Under the pieces are notes generated by a model. That model made no database searches. It was given only the letters and a program-made list of their open reading frames with translations, and was not told where the DNA came from. Both the position numbers and the translations under genes were made by a program. From the IMG/VR virus record IMGVR_UViG_3300048121_000993, positions 22,369 to 86,368 of that record: a stretch of 64,000 nt of DNA; one strand, written 5' to 3'. Shown in pieces: positions 20,344 to 30,474 of the stretch (the stretch's first letter is position 1; every line of letters begins with the position of its first letter). Source of the stretch: a virus (lineage: Duplodnaviria; Caudoviricetes).

Positions 20344-21126
20344 ATGGCAGCACACAAAGAAACAGTATTATCAGTAACACATTACACAGACACATTATTT
20401 CATATTACAACTACTCGAGATAGTAGTGTAAGGTTTAGAGATGGTGAGTTTATGATGATTGGATTAGACAACTGGTCAGAAAAACTACAAAAGAATAAAC
20501 CTATAATGAGAGCTTATTCAGTAGCAAGTCCAAACCATCAAGAAACACTAGAATTTTATAGTATCAAAGTACAAGACGGTCCACTTACAAGTAAATTGCA
20601 ACATGTAAAAGTAGGTGATGAGATACTAGTTAATCCTAAAGCAGTAGGCACCCTAGTACACGCAAATTTAAAGCCTGGACGCAATCTGTACTTACTGGCT
20701 ACCGGAACAGGAATCGCCCCTTTTATGAGTATTATACGCGGCGTAGACACATACGAACACTATGATAATGTCATTGTAGTATGGGGTACTAGAATAGCTA
20801 AAGAGCTGGCGTTTAGAGAGCTTATAGACGAGTTAAATAGCGATGAAATATATAGTCAAGTAACTGAAGGTAAACTTAAAACATACTTTACTTGCACACG
20901 TGAAGATTATGAGAATACAGGTCGTGTAACAACTGCAATGTATAATGGCGATGTTCAAAGGAAACTAGGACTAGTAGATTTGTCACCAATGCATGACAGA
21001 GTAATGATATGTGGCTCAATGCCAATGAATGCAGAATTAATTGAATACTTAAAAGGCGAAGGGTTTACAGAAGGCGACAGTAAAACACCAGGTGAGTATG
21101 TAGTAGAAAGAGCATTTGTAGGGTGA
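20344..21126 (+). CDS. fpr: ferredoxin/flavodoxin-NADP+ reductase
   Basis: RAYSVAS, GPLTSKL, ATGTGIAPF, MICGS, VERAFVG. Confidence 0.92.
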   Translation: MAAHKETVLSVTHYTDTLFHITTTRDSSVRFRDGEFMMIGLDNWSEKLQKNKPIMRAYSVASPNHQETLEFYSIKVQDGPLTSKLQHVKVGDEILVNPKAVGTLVHANLKPGRNLYLLATGTGIAPFMSIIRGVDTYEHYDNVIVVWGTRIAKELAFRELIDELNSDEIYSQVTEGKLKTYFTCTREDYENTGRVTTAMYNGDVQRKLGLVDLSPMHDRVMICGSMPMNAELIEYLKGEGFTEGDSKTPGEYVVERAFVG

Positions 21127-21818
21127 GAACAAACGCACAAAAGAAAGTAATAACTGACAGGTACGAAAGTGCAACAGTACATAAAGATATTGTAAATCAA
21201 GGTTTTATTGATTACTTGCTTAATCAATTTCATAATTCAAAACACATAGAAAAGAATACAGGACCAGTTGTAATGAATTATAGTCCGGATAGAGAAGGAC
21301 TACAAGAATGGTTTACTCCAGTACAACGATTTGTTGATAACTTGATTGGTGAAAGCCTAGTATGGGGTAGTAATATATTTCGAGTAGAACAACCACATAT
21401 TGTACACAATGATGATTATCACGAAAAGATATATGACATATTTAAAACAGTTGTGATACCATTAGAAATTTCAAAGCCAACTAATTTTGTAGTATTTGAT
21501 CAGTATTATTTAGACGGCCCTGTTAAATGTTTTAGAGGATGGGAAAATGTACCAGATACATATTACAACAAAAGTTTAACAGACTATACAGATATTGTTG
21601 GATACACAGACGAACCATTTAACAAGCAAATATACAATGAATATTTAACTCATGTACCATACGAATCATTGCATGGATTAACAGTAGAATCTATAGTAAG
21701 ATGGCAACCCGGAGATGCTATTACATTTGATATGGGAAAATTACATTCAGCAGTAGACTTTATTTCACATGGTATTGATTATAAAATTGGATACAGTATT
21801 TTTACTGCTAAATACTAA
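21123..21818 (+). CDS. putative 2OG-Fe(II)/cupin-fold protein
   Basis: HND (HxD) and distal WQPGDAITFD..KLHS. Confidence 0.55.
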   Translation: MRTNAQKKVITDRYESATVHKDIVNQGFIDYLLNQFHNSKHIEKNTGPVVMNYSPDREGLQEWFTPVQRFVDNLIGESLVWGSNIFRVEQPHIVHNDDYHEKIYDIFKTVVIPLEISKPTNFVVFDQYYLDGPVKCFRGWENVPDTYYNKSLTDYTDIVGYTDEPFNKQIYNEYLTHVPYESLHGLTVESIVRWQPGDAITFDMGKLHSAVDFISHGIDYKIGYSIFTAKY

Positions 21819-21917
21819 TAAGTAAAAAGTATACTTGGCCCGGTAAAATGTTGAGAGTTTTACCATAGGACAGTGCTAGCGGACATATTTTTTATGTAAT
21901 ACTAAAAGGAGTTTTGT

Positions 21918-22175
21918 ATGGCAGACTTATTTGGTCACAATAGTGGAGATAAAAAATTCATTATTAATATTAGCGATCTTTACGATGAGAAAGAACGCAA
22001 ACAAAAAGAGTTAGAATTTTACCAAGAAGAACTTGATAAATTAATGCTTAGATTAGGAATGTTACAACACGAAATAGGCGTCACTGAAACTATCATCAAT
22101 ATGATAGAAGGTGAATACTTAGTAGATCTTAAAGAGGCTATTAAAAAGAGGCAAATAATAAAAGGAATAAAATGA
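21918..22175 (+). CDS. hypothetical coiled-coil protein
   Basis: AGGAG RBS; 85 aa. Confidence 0.7.
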   Translation: MADLFGHNSGDKKFIINISDLYDEKERKQKELEFYQEELDKLMLRLGMLQHEIGVTETIINMIEGEYLVDLKEAIKKRQIIKGIK

Positions 22176-22921
22176 ACACATTATATTTAATATGTAGTCA
22201 CAGTTGTTTAAGTCAAATGGAAGTTCCATACTTGCTTAATAACAGCCCTATGCTACACGGTGAAAGCCAAGCAGGAGAACATTGGGCATCATATGAACTA
22301 GATGGAAAAGAAGTAGATCACGAACCAGGTCCGTTGGGAAAGATTCGTGTACATGATGATTATTGGAATATTTCAGATGAAGATAGAGAATGGTATAACT
22401 ATGATGTTAGAAATACTATGGAAATATCTACAGAGCAATTAGATGGATTATTAAATTTAATTAAAGATAAAAGCATATCAGTTTTGCTACATGCACAAAA
22501 TTATGAAGATATTTGGAAGTGGAGTAGAGATTTACCAGTACTATTAGTCAGAACAAGAATGGATGAATGGGAAAGCAACATTGTTAGTTGGGCTGCACGC
22601 GAATACAACTACTTAATGGAAGATGACAGAAACGCTAATTACAGTGATGATGATCATAGTTGGCCTGGTGTAGACAAAATTGTTGACGAATTTATATTGA
22701 AGAAAAAACTTAATAATAATATCATCGATGTCGAAGGAGATATTGTTTTAGATCAAAGCCAATGGTCAACTCTTAGCGGATTAGATACCTTATGGGATAG
22801 TGTTGGTATTGATAAACCAGACCAAAATTGGATACATCAGTATTATGAAGACTTTCAAAATCACCAAGAATTAAACAAAGAACTAGCAAAGGAACTAACA
22901 GATGCCTACAATAAAAGATAA
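22172..22921 (+). CDS. hypothetical protein
   Basis: 249 aa ORF, coupled. Confidence 0.75.
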   Translation: MNTLYLICSHSCLSQMEVPYLLNNSPMLHGESQAGEHWASYELDGKEVDHEPGPLGKIRVHDDYWNISDEDREWYNYDVRNTMEISTEQLDGLLNLIKDKSISVLLHAQNYEDIWKWSRDLPVLLVRTRMDEWESNIVSWAAREYNYLMEDDRNANYSDDDHSWPGVDKIVDEFILKKKLNNNIIDVEGDIVLDQSQWSTLSGLDTLWDSVGIDKPDQNWIHQYYEDFQNHQELNKELAKELTDAYNKR

Positions 22922-23282
22922 TAACAATGTAGTACTGTTTAATGATCCTATAAAAATTTATTTGTTTAAGGATGAACAACTAGTAAAGGTATCATTCAAG
23001 ATATCTGACTATGTAGTTACTAACCGAGATATTACACAAGAGGCATTTGAACATATATTAGAAAACTATAATATAGACGATGGTGTGCAAGGAATTGAGA
23101 TGCACGATAATGGAAAGATTTGGTGGTATCATAGTAAATTTGGTCCACGCCCAGAATGTATTCCAGCAGATATGGTGTGCATTAATTTTAACAGATTTAG
23201 TTTTAGAATTTCATCAGACGAAATGAATAGAATTAAAGAAAACTACTATCATCAAAAGAACAACAAAATGCATTGGGATTAA
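22902..23282 (+). CDS. hypothetical protein
   Basis: 126 aa ORF. Confidence 0.7.
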   Translation: MPTIKDNNNVVLFNDPIKIYLFKDEQLVKVSFKISDYVVTNRDITQEAFEHILENYNIDDGVQGIEMHDNGKIWWYHSKFGPRPECIPADMVCINFNRFSFRISSDEMNRIKENYYHQKNNKMHWD

Positions 23283-24358
23283 CCATGCGTGATTCCTTAC
23301 ATAATTTTAAAAAAGAAAACAATCAGATATGTATAGGTTGGCTTTTACAAGAAAACTCTAATACATTTATTAATGGCTTTTCGCAAAATCTTGCTGAGTA
23401 CTATTATGTTTCATTGGACATATTTGGTATAAAGCAATATATTGGACACAGTGTAGAAAGTCTGCAAGAACAATCACAAGATTATAAACAAATGCTAGTT
23501 ATTAAACAAGGTATAGTGTTTCGCGACTTAGCAGGATTTATAACAAACGTAGCAAATGAAAGCAATACAATAATATATGCAAGCGACTATGCAGATGATA
23601 TTATAGACTTTAATACAACTAATGCAGATAACATGTCTGAACTAACAGATATACTAAACTTACAAGTGAGCTTTGTAGCTAACACAGAACGGTTTATGTA
23701 CAGACCAACACCAGGGCAAAAATTTACTAAGTTAATAACTAGTTCAGGTGGGCTTAATCCAATACTTTATCCGTGGGCATTAAATATGACAAATGGTGCT
23801 ACAGTTGATGTAGTAGATTTAAGTAATATTGCACTAGTAAATGCAAAGCGTTGGGTTAATGAATGGGACGGTAAAGATTGCATAACTTTTGCTAATATGC
23901 TACTAGACTCAACTTCTGTTGATGGTCTTACATTTATAACAAGAGGTGGAGCTCATAAACACCGTATGCAAGAATTAGTCAATCAACAAGATGGATTTGA
24001 GACTTGGTTTAATAATACATTACCATATATTAACTATAATTATAGAAAACACGATTTTTTTAATAATACAGAAAACGATAAACTTGTAGAAAGCGTAAAA
24101 AACAATGTAGGCAACGTTTATATACATCTAAGTAACATATATCACTATCAACCTACAGCATTCTATTATAACCTAAAAAGCAGAATATCTATGCAAAATA
24201 GCCTAATAAACAAGCTAAAAGCGGCTAATTTAGGTAAAAAAGTAATGATTACCTGTATTGATGCACAGCATAGGCTACCACCGGCACCTATTTGGGTAGA
24301 TGACATAGAAACCCCAGAAATACTAGAAAAATACAATATTTTCCCCTGGCAACAGTAA
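23273..24358 (+). CDS. hypothetical, paralog of 43544..44902
   Basis: IGWLL, QNL..Y, KQGI, ANTE, GG..P, SN...Y shared. Confidence 0.75.
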   Translation: MGLTMRDSLHNFKKENNQICIGWLLQENSNTFINGFSQNLAEYYYVSLDIFGIKQYIGHSVESLQEQSQDYKQMLVIKQGIVFRDLAGFITNVANESNTIIYASDYADDIIDFNTTNADNMSELTDILNLQVSFVANTERFMYRPTPGQKFTKLITSSGGLNPILYPWALNMTNGATVDVVDLSNIALVNAKRWVNEWDGKDCITFANMLLDSTSVDGLTFITRGGAHKHRMQELVNQQDGFETWFNNTLPYINYNYRKHDFFNNTENDKLVESVKNNVGNVYIHLSNIYHYQPTAFYYNLKSRISMQNSLINKLKAANLGKKVMITCIDAQHRLPPAPIWVDDIETPEILEKYNIFPWQQ

Positions 24359-24377
24359 AATAATTAAAAAAACTTAT

Positions 24378-24403
24378 AAACCCTTGTACAGCAAGGGTTT
24401 TTT
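24378..24403 (+). terminator. intrinsic terminator
   Basis: aaaCCCTTG-tacag-CAAGGGtttttt. Confidence 0.8.
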
Positions 24404-24417
24404 CTTGACTAAAAAGG

Positions 24418-24446
24418 TTGACAACCAAGACATCTTACTGTATACT
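24418..24446 (+). promoter_or_regulatory. early promoter with AAGACATCTT spacer box
   Basis: TTGACA-accAAGACATCTTactg-TATACT. Confidence 0.85.
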
Positions 24447-24469
24447 ATAAGTATATAAACAATAAAGGA

Positions 24470-24898
24470 ATGAACAATATGGCATATGTATCACAAGAAA
24501 TGAAAAAAGCACTTACACCAGCTATTAAGGCAGTATTAAAAAAGCACCGTGTTAAGGCATCAATTAGTGTTAACAATCATTCAACACTATGTGTAAACAT
24601 CAAAGAAGGTGCTATTGACTTTATTGGTGAACAGAATAAAAAGAATATGGAAACTTGTCGTCAACGAGGTGTGCCGTTTGTAGAAAGCGATGGTTATATT
24701 CAAGTTAATGAATACTACCCAGAAACATACGGTGATGGAGCAGACTTTTTAGTAGAACTAGTAGATGCTATGAAAGGTCCAGATTACTTTAACAATGATG
24801 ATGCAATGACTGATTACTTTAGTCGTTCACATTATACTAGCATTAATGTTGGTAAGTGGAACAAGCCATATGTTTATAACGCATTTGTAGGACTTTAA
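24470..24898 (+). CDS. early hypothetical protein
   Basis: 142 aa, after an early promoter. Confidence 0.8.
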   Translation: MNNMAYVSQEMKKALTPAIKAVLKKHRVKASISVNNHSTLCVNIKEGAIDFIGEQNKKNMETCRQRGVPFVESDGYIQVNEYYPETYGDGADFLVELVDAMKGPDYFNNDDAMTDYFSRSHYTSINVGKWNKPYVYNAFVGL

Positions 24899-24910
24899 TA
24901 GGAGAATAAT

Positions 24911-25120
24911 ATGAAAACAATAATAAAATTTAATGAAGTAACAAATATAGAACTTGGTGGCGTTGATATGAACGACTACCCAGATTTCTGTGATGCATAT
25001 GTAGAAAGTGCAGAAAAGTTAGATGGTACGCCACTAACTGAAGTTGAACTAGAAGCGTTCAGCGAATTAGACGAAACAGCATCTTATATTAATGAGAATG
25101 CGTACGAAAGTTTATTTTAA
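24911..25120 (+). CDS. early hypothetical protein
   Basis: AGGAG RBS; DYPDFCDAY motif. Confidence 0.75.
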   Translation: MKTIIKFNEVTNIELGGVDMNDYPDFCDAYVESAEKLDGTPLTEVELEAFSELDETASYINENAYESLF

Positions 25121-25127
25121 AAAAAGG

Positions 25128-25156
25128 TTGACAAGTAAGACATCTTACTGTATACT
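25128..25156 (+). promoter_or_regulatory. early promoter with AAGACATCTT spacer box
   Basis: TTGACA-agtAAGACATCTTactg-TATACT. Confidence 0.85.
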
Positions 25157-25196
25157 ATAAGTATAAACACTAAAAAATTAACTACTGGAGAATAAT

Positions 25197-25544
25197 ATGA
25201 ATTTAGACTATGATGTAAATGAATTAAAAACAATTGTTGCCCAAGCTAAAAAGGCAGCATATGAGGCCGCTAGTGATTACCTTGTTGAGAAACTAGATGG
25301 TAAAGATAATTATCCTTGTGGATTTGCATGGGTTAACATTCACGGCATTAAAGGTAATACTAAATTAGGTCGTGCTATGAAACAAGCTGGTGTTAAACAA
25401 GATTACACTAAAGCATTTCAAATTTACAACCCTTCAGGTGTTAATGTGCAAAATGTTGATGTTAAAGAAGCAGGTGCAGAAGCGGCAGCAGATGTATTTA
25501 CAAGGTACGGCTTTAAAGCATACGCTGGTTCGAGGTTAGACTAA
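25197..25544 (+). CDS. early hypothetical protein
   Basis: CGFAWV...SRLD C-terminus; GGAG RBS. Confidence 0.8.
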   Translation: MNLDYDVNELKTIVAQAKKAAYEAASDYLVEKLDGKDNYPCGFAWVNIHGIKGNTKLGRAMKQAGVKQDYTKAFQIYNPSGVNVQNVDVKEAGAEAAADVFTRYGFKAYAGSRLD

Positions 25545-25545
25545 G

Positions 25546-25707
25546 TTGGATCAAGCGACTATAGAATTGTACGAACACAGAATTGATAATTGTGTTCGTA
25601 CTGCAAAACAAAATCCCAAAGACAGTTGGGCATATAATTTTTGGATGACAACTGCCGGAACACTTTTAAGAAAACTAACTAGGAGTACAAATGAAAAACT
25701 TAATTAA
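25546..25707 (+). CDS. possible small protein (53 aa, TTG start)
   Basis: Open frame filling the gap, GAGG upstream. Confidence 0.4.
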   Translation: MDQATIELYEHRIDNCVRTAKQNPKDSWAYNFWMTTAGTLLRKLTRSTNEKLN

Positions 25708-26836
25708 ATTACCAACTCTTTTTAAGCGTGATACAACTGGCAAGATTCGTATGTGGGAAGTTGAATATGCTGAAACTGATATTGCTGGAAGTGATAGGCA
25801 TTCAAGTGCAGGCACAAGAACAATCAGTGGTCTAGTTGATGGGCAAAAAGTCACTAGCGATTGGAATATGAGTACTCCAAAAAATGTTGGTAAAGTAAAT
25901 GAAACTACAAGTTTAAGTCAAGCAAAAGCTGAAGCCCAGGCATTATGGGATAAACGCATCGAAAAAGAGTATTTTGAAAACACAAAAGATGTTGACTCTT
26001 ATGAGCGATTCAAGCCAATGCTTGCACATGATTACACTAAGCGTCCACAAAGTGAAGGTTGGAGTCAACCTAAACTAGATGGAATCCGTTGTGTGGTTGA
26101 TAGTAGAGGTATGTGGACACGAGCAGGTAAGCCTATTACAAGTTGTCCTCATATTTGGGAATCACTAAAAGGTTATATGGAACAAAATCCACATCACATT
26201 TTAGATGGTGAACTTTACAATCATGAACTAAAAGCAAACTTTAATAAAATTACAAGTTTGGTTCGTAAGTTAAAAAGCACACCAGAAGATATGGCTGAAG
26301 CAAAAACTCTAGTTGAATATCATGTTTATGATATGTATGATAAATCAGCAACAGATATGAAGTTTACTAATCGTGTTAAACAAGCATATTGGACAAACAA
26401 CGATTATGTAAAAATTGTAAAAACTGATTACTGTGAATCACAAGATCAACTAGATGCATTGTACAGTGAATATATGGAACAAGGCTATGAAGGTCAAATG
26501 GTGCGTAATGATGCAACATATGACAACAAGCGTAGCAAAAATCTTCTAAAGCGTAAAGAGTTTAAAACTGAAGAATTTGATGTTATCCAAGTACTAGAAG
26601 GTAAAGGTAATTGGAGTGGATATGCTAAACGATTCGTATTGCGTGACAAAGAAGGTAAAGAATTTGGTAGTGGAGTTAGAGGTCAACAAGCACAATTAAA
26701 AGAATTGTGGGAGATGTTAAACACTGCTAAAGGAATGCCAAATTGGGCTACTTGCAGATACTTTGATTTAACACCAGACGGTGTTCCTAGGTTTCCAGTA
26801 ATCATTGATTACGGCTACGGAACACGACAAGATTAA
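25691..26836 (+). CDS. ATP-dependent DNA ligase
   Basis: QPKLDGIR (motif I), LDGELY, EGQMVR, LLKRK, PRFP. Confidence 0.92.
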   Translation: MKNLIKLPTLFKRDTTGKIRMWEVEYAETDIAGSDRHSSAGTRTISGLVDGQKVTSDWNMSTPKNVGKVNETTSLSQAKAEAQALWDKRIEKEYFENTKDVDSYERFKPMLAHDYTKRPQSEGWSQPKLDGIRCVVDSRGMWTRAGKPITSCPHIWESLKGYMEQNPHHILDGELYNHELKANFNKITSLVRKLKSTPEDMAEAKTLVEYHVYDMYDKSATDMKFTNRVKQAYWTNNDYVKIVKTDYCESQDQLDALYSEYMEQGYEGQMVRNDATYDNKRSKNLLKRKEFKTEEFDVIQVLEGKGNWSGYAKRFVLRDKEGKEFGSGVRGQQAQLKELWEMLNTAKGMPNWATCRYFDLTPDGVPRFPVIIDYGYGTRQD

Positions 26837-26891
26837 TTTAAATTAATTTCTAAGTCATTGGAAACGCAGGATTCTTTCTTGTGTTTTCTGG

Positions 26892-26920
26892 TTGACAACC
26901 AAGACATCTTGTTGTATAAT
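26892..26920 (+). promoter_or_regulatory. early promoter with AAGACATCTT spacer box
   Basis: TTGACA-accAAGACATCTTgttg-TATAAT. Confidence 0.85.
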
Positions 26921-26952
26921 AGTAGTACATTAAATAAAAAAAGGACTACATT

Positions 26953-27132
26953 ATGAAAACATTTACATTTGAAAATCATTTAGGTGAAATATTTACTGCA
27001 AAAGCAGAAAACGGACTTGATGTTATGGAAGATGCAAACAAGGCTATATTGTGGTCAAATTGGAAAGACGGAATGTGGAAACAAGTAAGCGACACAAAGT
27101 TTGTTTGGGTTTTAGGTAACTTTTTTGATTAA
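26953..27132 (+). CDS. small early protein (59 aa)
   Basis: AAGGA RBS; MKTFTFENHLGE...GNFFD*; lies between two promoters. Confidence 0.7.
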   Translation: MKTFTFENHLGEIFTAKAENGLDVMEDANKAILWSNWKDGMWKQVSDTKFVWVLGNFFD

Positions 27133-27137
27133 AAAGG

Positions 27138-27166
27138 TTGACAAGTAAGACATCTTGCCGTATACT
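27138..27166 (+). promoter_or_regulatory. early promoter with AAGACATCTT spacer box
   Basis: TTGACA-agtAAGACATCTTgccg-TATACT. Confidence 0.85.
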
Positions 27167-27199
27167 ATAAGTATAGTTAATAAAAAACAGGAGTTAAAA

Positions 27200-27538
27200 A
27201 TGCAAAACGAAATCCAAACATTGATCCAAAAGTGTAAAGTAGATTATACAAAGTTTGTTACTGCTAGTGATCGTGGAACACCAGATCCAGATAGTTACTT
27301 TGGTAAAACACTTGCTAACTTTGAAAATAGTTTTACTATCAAAGAAGGTAAAAAGTATATTAAGATTATACGCGATAATGGTGTATGGGGCTTTATTGTT
27401 AAAGAAGATGGTCCTAAGTTTAAAAAAGGTGATATCCTTAAAGCTGCAGGTTGGAATGCTCCAGCAACAAATGCCGCTCGTGGTAACATTTTTGAAGACT
27501 TTAGTGTTGCGTGGACAGGTCCACATTACTTGAAATAA
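27200..27538 (+). CDS. early hypothetical protein
   Basis: GKKYIKI, GDILKAAGWNAPA..ARGNI motif; AGGAG RBS. Confidence 0.8.
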   Translation: MQNEIQTLIQKCKVDYTKFVTASDRGTPDPDSYFGKTLANFENSFTIKEGKKYIKIIRDNGVWGFIVKEDGPKFKKGDILKAAGWNAPATNAARGNIFEDFSVAWTGPHYLK

Positions 27539-27542
27539 GGAA

Positions 27543-28061
27543 ATGAATATGGATGTTATTCAAAAAGCAGATTTGTTCGCTAGTGTGGCTCACGCAGCAA
27601 TTGGACAAAAACGCAAATACAGTGGAGTGGACTATATAGTTCACCCACGCAGAGTATCTAAAATGGTTGCTGATTACGAAGGCACAGAAGAAATGATCGC
27701 GGCCGCATTGTTACATGATGTGTTGGAAGATACATATGTAACCAGTGAAATGATTGCAGAAGAGTTTGGTTGGAAGATTCACAAGTTGGTTGTTGAGCTT
27801 ACTGATGTTAGCAAGCCAGAAGATGGAAACCGTGCAAAGCGTAAGGCAATAGATGCAGAGCGTTTAAGTCAAGCAAGTAGAGACGCACAAATTGTTAAAC
27901 TTGCTGATCTCATAGACAACAGTGATGACATTGAAGCAAACGATCCAAGTTTTGCTAAAGTGTTTTTAAAAGAAAAAGCACACCTTATAAGCGTTATGGA
28001 TAAAGTACATTTGCACCCTTTATATCCTATAGCACTTGGTGTAGTTAACGGAGGTAAATAG
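27543..28061 (+). CDS. HD-domain hydrolase, SpoT/Mesh1 (small alarmone hydrolase)-like
   Basis: AH..QKRK..DYIVHP, AALLHDVLEDT, VKLADLIDN. Confidence 0.85.
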   Translation: MNMDVIQKADLFASVAHAAIGQKRKYSGVDYIVHPRRVSKMVADYEGTEEMIAAALLHDVLEDTYVTSEMIAEEFGWKIHKLVVELTDVSKPEDGNRAKRKAIDAERLSQASRDAQIVKLADLIDNSDDIEANDPSFAKVFLKEKAHLISVMDKVHLHPLYPIALGVVNGGK

Positions 28062-28065
28062 TATT

Positions 28066-28281
28066 ATGATAGGATTAGATTTAATGATTATATTAGGCCT
28101 GTTTACAATGGCCTGTGCATACTTTAGTCAACGAACTGGATATAGACAGGGCGTAAATGAAGGTATGGAATCAACTTTACAATTACTTGAAAACGGAGGC
28201 TATATTAAAATAGTCGAAGACAAAGCAACTGGTATGCAAGAAATACAGAAGGTACCAAATGGAAACAACACCAGCACATAA
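28066..28281 (+). CDS. small membrane protein
   Basis: N-terminal hydrophobic helix. Confidence 0.65.
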   Translation: MIGLDLMIILGLFTMACAYFSQRTGYRQGVNEGMESTLQLLENGGYIKIVEDKATGMQEIQKVPNGNNTST

Positions 28282-29146
28282 ATTATTCACATACAAAGAA
28301 TTAAAAGATCATCAGCAAGCAGGTACATGGCCACTTGCTGATTCTACATTGTTGTCTACAAAATATGCAGACAGATGGGAAATGGCTAAACGACTGCACG
28401 ATATAGTTGACACAGATCTTTGGAAAAAATTTAACACAGATCCACAAATTGAACATTGGGCTAATGACGAAGTTCCTAATAAACTTTATTCCAATCTAAA
28501 CAGTGGAGATGTTTTTAGTTTTGATGAAGATTTTGTAGCAGGACCTAACGCATGGTTATTACCTGACGAAGATGGTAAACATGATGAGACGGTAAATAGA
28601 ACAAAGATTTATATAATGCAATATACTGGCCAAAATTATGAAAACGGCAATTTTGAACAAGCACCTGAAGAACTTAAATATTTTATAGAAATGCAAAAAG
28701 ACTTTCAACCAGTATTAGAGCATTACCTATATGAAAACTATTCAGATCAAATGCATCTATGGAACGATTGGCAAGGTGAACATGATCTTGGAGTTATTTA
28801 TAAACTAATGGTTATTAAATATTGGACACCGTGTGCGAACCCAGAAGATGTAACAGAGCATAGAAAACACGGTTCAGAGAGATACGGAAGACATCATTGC
28901 GATGAAACATTGGGTGGGTTACATTTAGGTGAAAACTATTCAGAGTTTTGGGCAGAGAATACTGAAACAAAAGAACGAAACATGATTACAGAACTAGCAG
29001 ATAATAAAATGTTATGGATGCATGGTGAAGATTCGGAACAAAGCGGATGGATACCTACATATCATGGAATGACACATAATCCACAAGATGACTTAGGTGA
29101 TCGATATAGTATAATTATGGATTTACAAGCAAGATATAAAGATTAA
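28259..29146 (+). CDS. putative 2OG-Fe(II) oxygenase (IPNS-like)
   Basis: HCD...GE...PTYH...RYSII pattern. Confidence 0.55.
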   Translation: METTPAHKLFTYKELKDHQQAGTWPLADSTLLSTKYADRWEMAKRLHDIVDTDLWKKFNTDPQIEHWANDEVPNKLYSNLNSGDVFSFDEDFVAGPNAWLLPDEDGKHDETVNRTKIYIMQYTGQNYENGNFEQAPEELKYFIEMQKDFQPVLEHYLYENYSDQMHLWNDWQGEHDLGVIYKLMVIKYWTPCANPEDVTEHRKHGSERYGRHHCDETLGGLHLGENYSEFWAENTETKERNMITELADNKMLWMHGEDSEQSGWIPTYHGMTHNPQDDLGDRYSIIMDLQARYKD

Positions 29147-29161
29147 CACACAGGAGATAAA

Positions 29162-29749
29162 ATGATAATACCAACAGTAATTGAGAGTACAGGAAGAGGC
29201 GAACGTGCATATGACATTTATAGTCGTTTGCTTAAAGATCGTATTGTAATGCTTAATGGAGAAGTTAATGACCATACGGCAAATTTAGTAGTTGCACAAA
29301 TGCTATTTTTGGAATCACAAAATAGTGCAGAAGATATTAATTTTTATATTAATAGTCCAGGTGGTGCAGTTACAGCCGGGCTTGGAATTTATGACACAAT
29401 GCAGTTTATTAAATCTCCAGTAAGCACAATTGTAATGGGTCAAGCATGTAGCATGGGTAGTTTCCTTGCTATGGCAGGTGAGCCGGGCAAGCGTTTAGTA
29501 TTGCCAAACTCACGCACAATGATTCACCAACCAAGTGGCGGCGCAGGCGGACAAGCAACTGATATGCAAATTCAAGTTGATGAGATTCTTAAGATGAAAA
29601 AGAACCTAACACAAATTTATGTTAATCATAATAGTGTAGGTAAAACATATGAAGAATTAGAAGCGGCTATGGAGCGTGATAATTTTATGTCAGCACAAGA
29701 AGCCGTAGATTTTGGTCTTGCTGATAAAGTTGTTGTTCGAAAAACATAA
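29162..29749 (+). CDS. clpP: Clp protease proteolytic subunit
   Basis: [23 protein letters not shown] (Ser), MIHQP (His), RDNFM (Asp). Confidence 0.96.
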   Translation: MIIPTVIESTGRGERAYDIYSRLLKDRIVMLNGEVNDHTANLVVAQMLFLESQNSAEDINFYINSPGGAVTAGLGIYDTMQFIKSPVSTIVMGQACSMGSFLAMAGEPGKRLVLPNSRTMIHQPSGGAGGQATDMQIQVDEILKMKKNLTQIYVNHNSVGKTYEELEAAMERDNFMSAQEAVDFGLADKVVVRKT

Positions 29750-29784
29750 TATATTTGTAATACTATATTTGTATAAATAATAGT

Positions 29785-30474
29785 ATGAAGATACATGATA
29801 TATTAGAAACAGAGCAAGTACTAGAAGGTCCAAACGATCCTCACATATTTAAAGCAGTATTCCTAGCCGGTGGTCCTGGCTCGGGTAAAAGCTATGTGGC
29901 ACAAAAACTATTAACTGGTGGTGGATTAAAACCTCTTAATAGTGATGATGTTTATGAGTATCTTGCTAAAAAACACAATATTGATTTAAGTGACCCTGAA
30001 GTTGTTGGAAGCAACAAGGGGCAAGAAATCCGTAACCGTGCTAAAGAAATTACTAAAACAAGAGAAGACTTATATCTAGATGGTCGCTTAGGTTTAGTAA
30101 TTGATGGCACAGGCAAGGATGTATCTAAAGTATCGCAAGCCAAAAGACAATTAAGTGAATTAGGTTACGATACTATGATGTTATTTGTTAACACAAGTGA
30201 AGAGGTAGCACAAGAACGCAACGCCGAAAGAGCTAGAACAATACCAGCAGACATGGTAAAGGTGATGTGGCAACGAGTTCAACAAAACATAATGAAATTC
30301 CAACAAGTCTTTGGAGCTGCAAAGTTCCATGTAATAGACAATAGTGGCGGGTTAGAAGACCCCGATCGAAAAGAAAACTTTGATAATGTATACAAAGCAA
30401 TACAACAGTTTCTAAACGATCCACCCACTAAGAGAGCCGCTAAGGCTTGGTTAAGCAAGAATACTAAAACATAG
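29785..30474 (+). CDS. P-loop kinase (zeta-toxin/AAA_33-like)
   Basis: AVFLAGGPGSGKS, VIDGTG, RNAER. Confidence 0.75.
   Translation: MKIHDILETEQVLEGPNDPHIFKAVFLAGGPGSGKSYVAQKLLTGGGLKPLNSDDVYEYLAKKHNIDLSDPEVVGSNKGQEIRNRAKEITKTREDLYLDGRLGLVIDGTGKDVSKVSQAKRQLSELGYDTMMLFVNTSEEVAQERNAERARTIPADMVKVMWQRVQQNIMKFQQVFGAAKFHVIDNSGGLEDPDRKENFDNVYKAIQQFLNDPPTKRAAKAWLSKNTKT

Noticed and set aside
25569-25601. Perfect 11-bp hairpin GTACGAACACA..TGTGTTCGTAC as a terminator
   Set aside because: No U-tract, and it lies inside a plausible small ORF; function cannot be supported
24411-27170. Recurring ~35-bp repeats as a CRISPR array
   Set aside because: Spacing is irregular (0.25-1.8 kb), genes lie between the copies, and each repeat is a -35/-10 promoter
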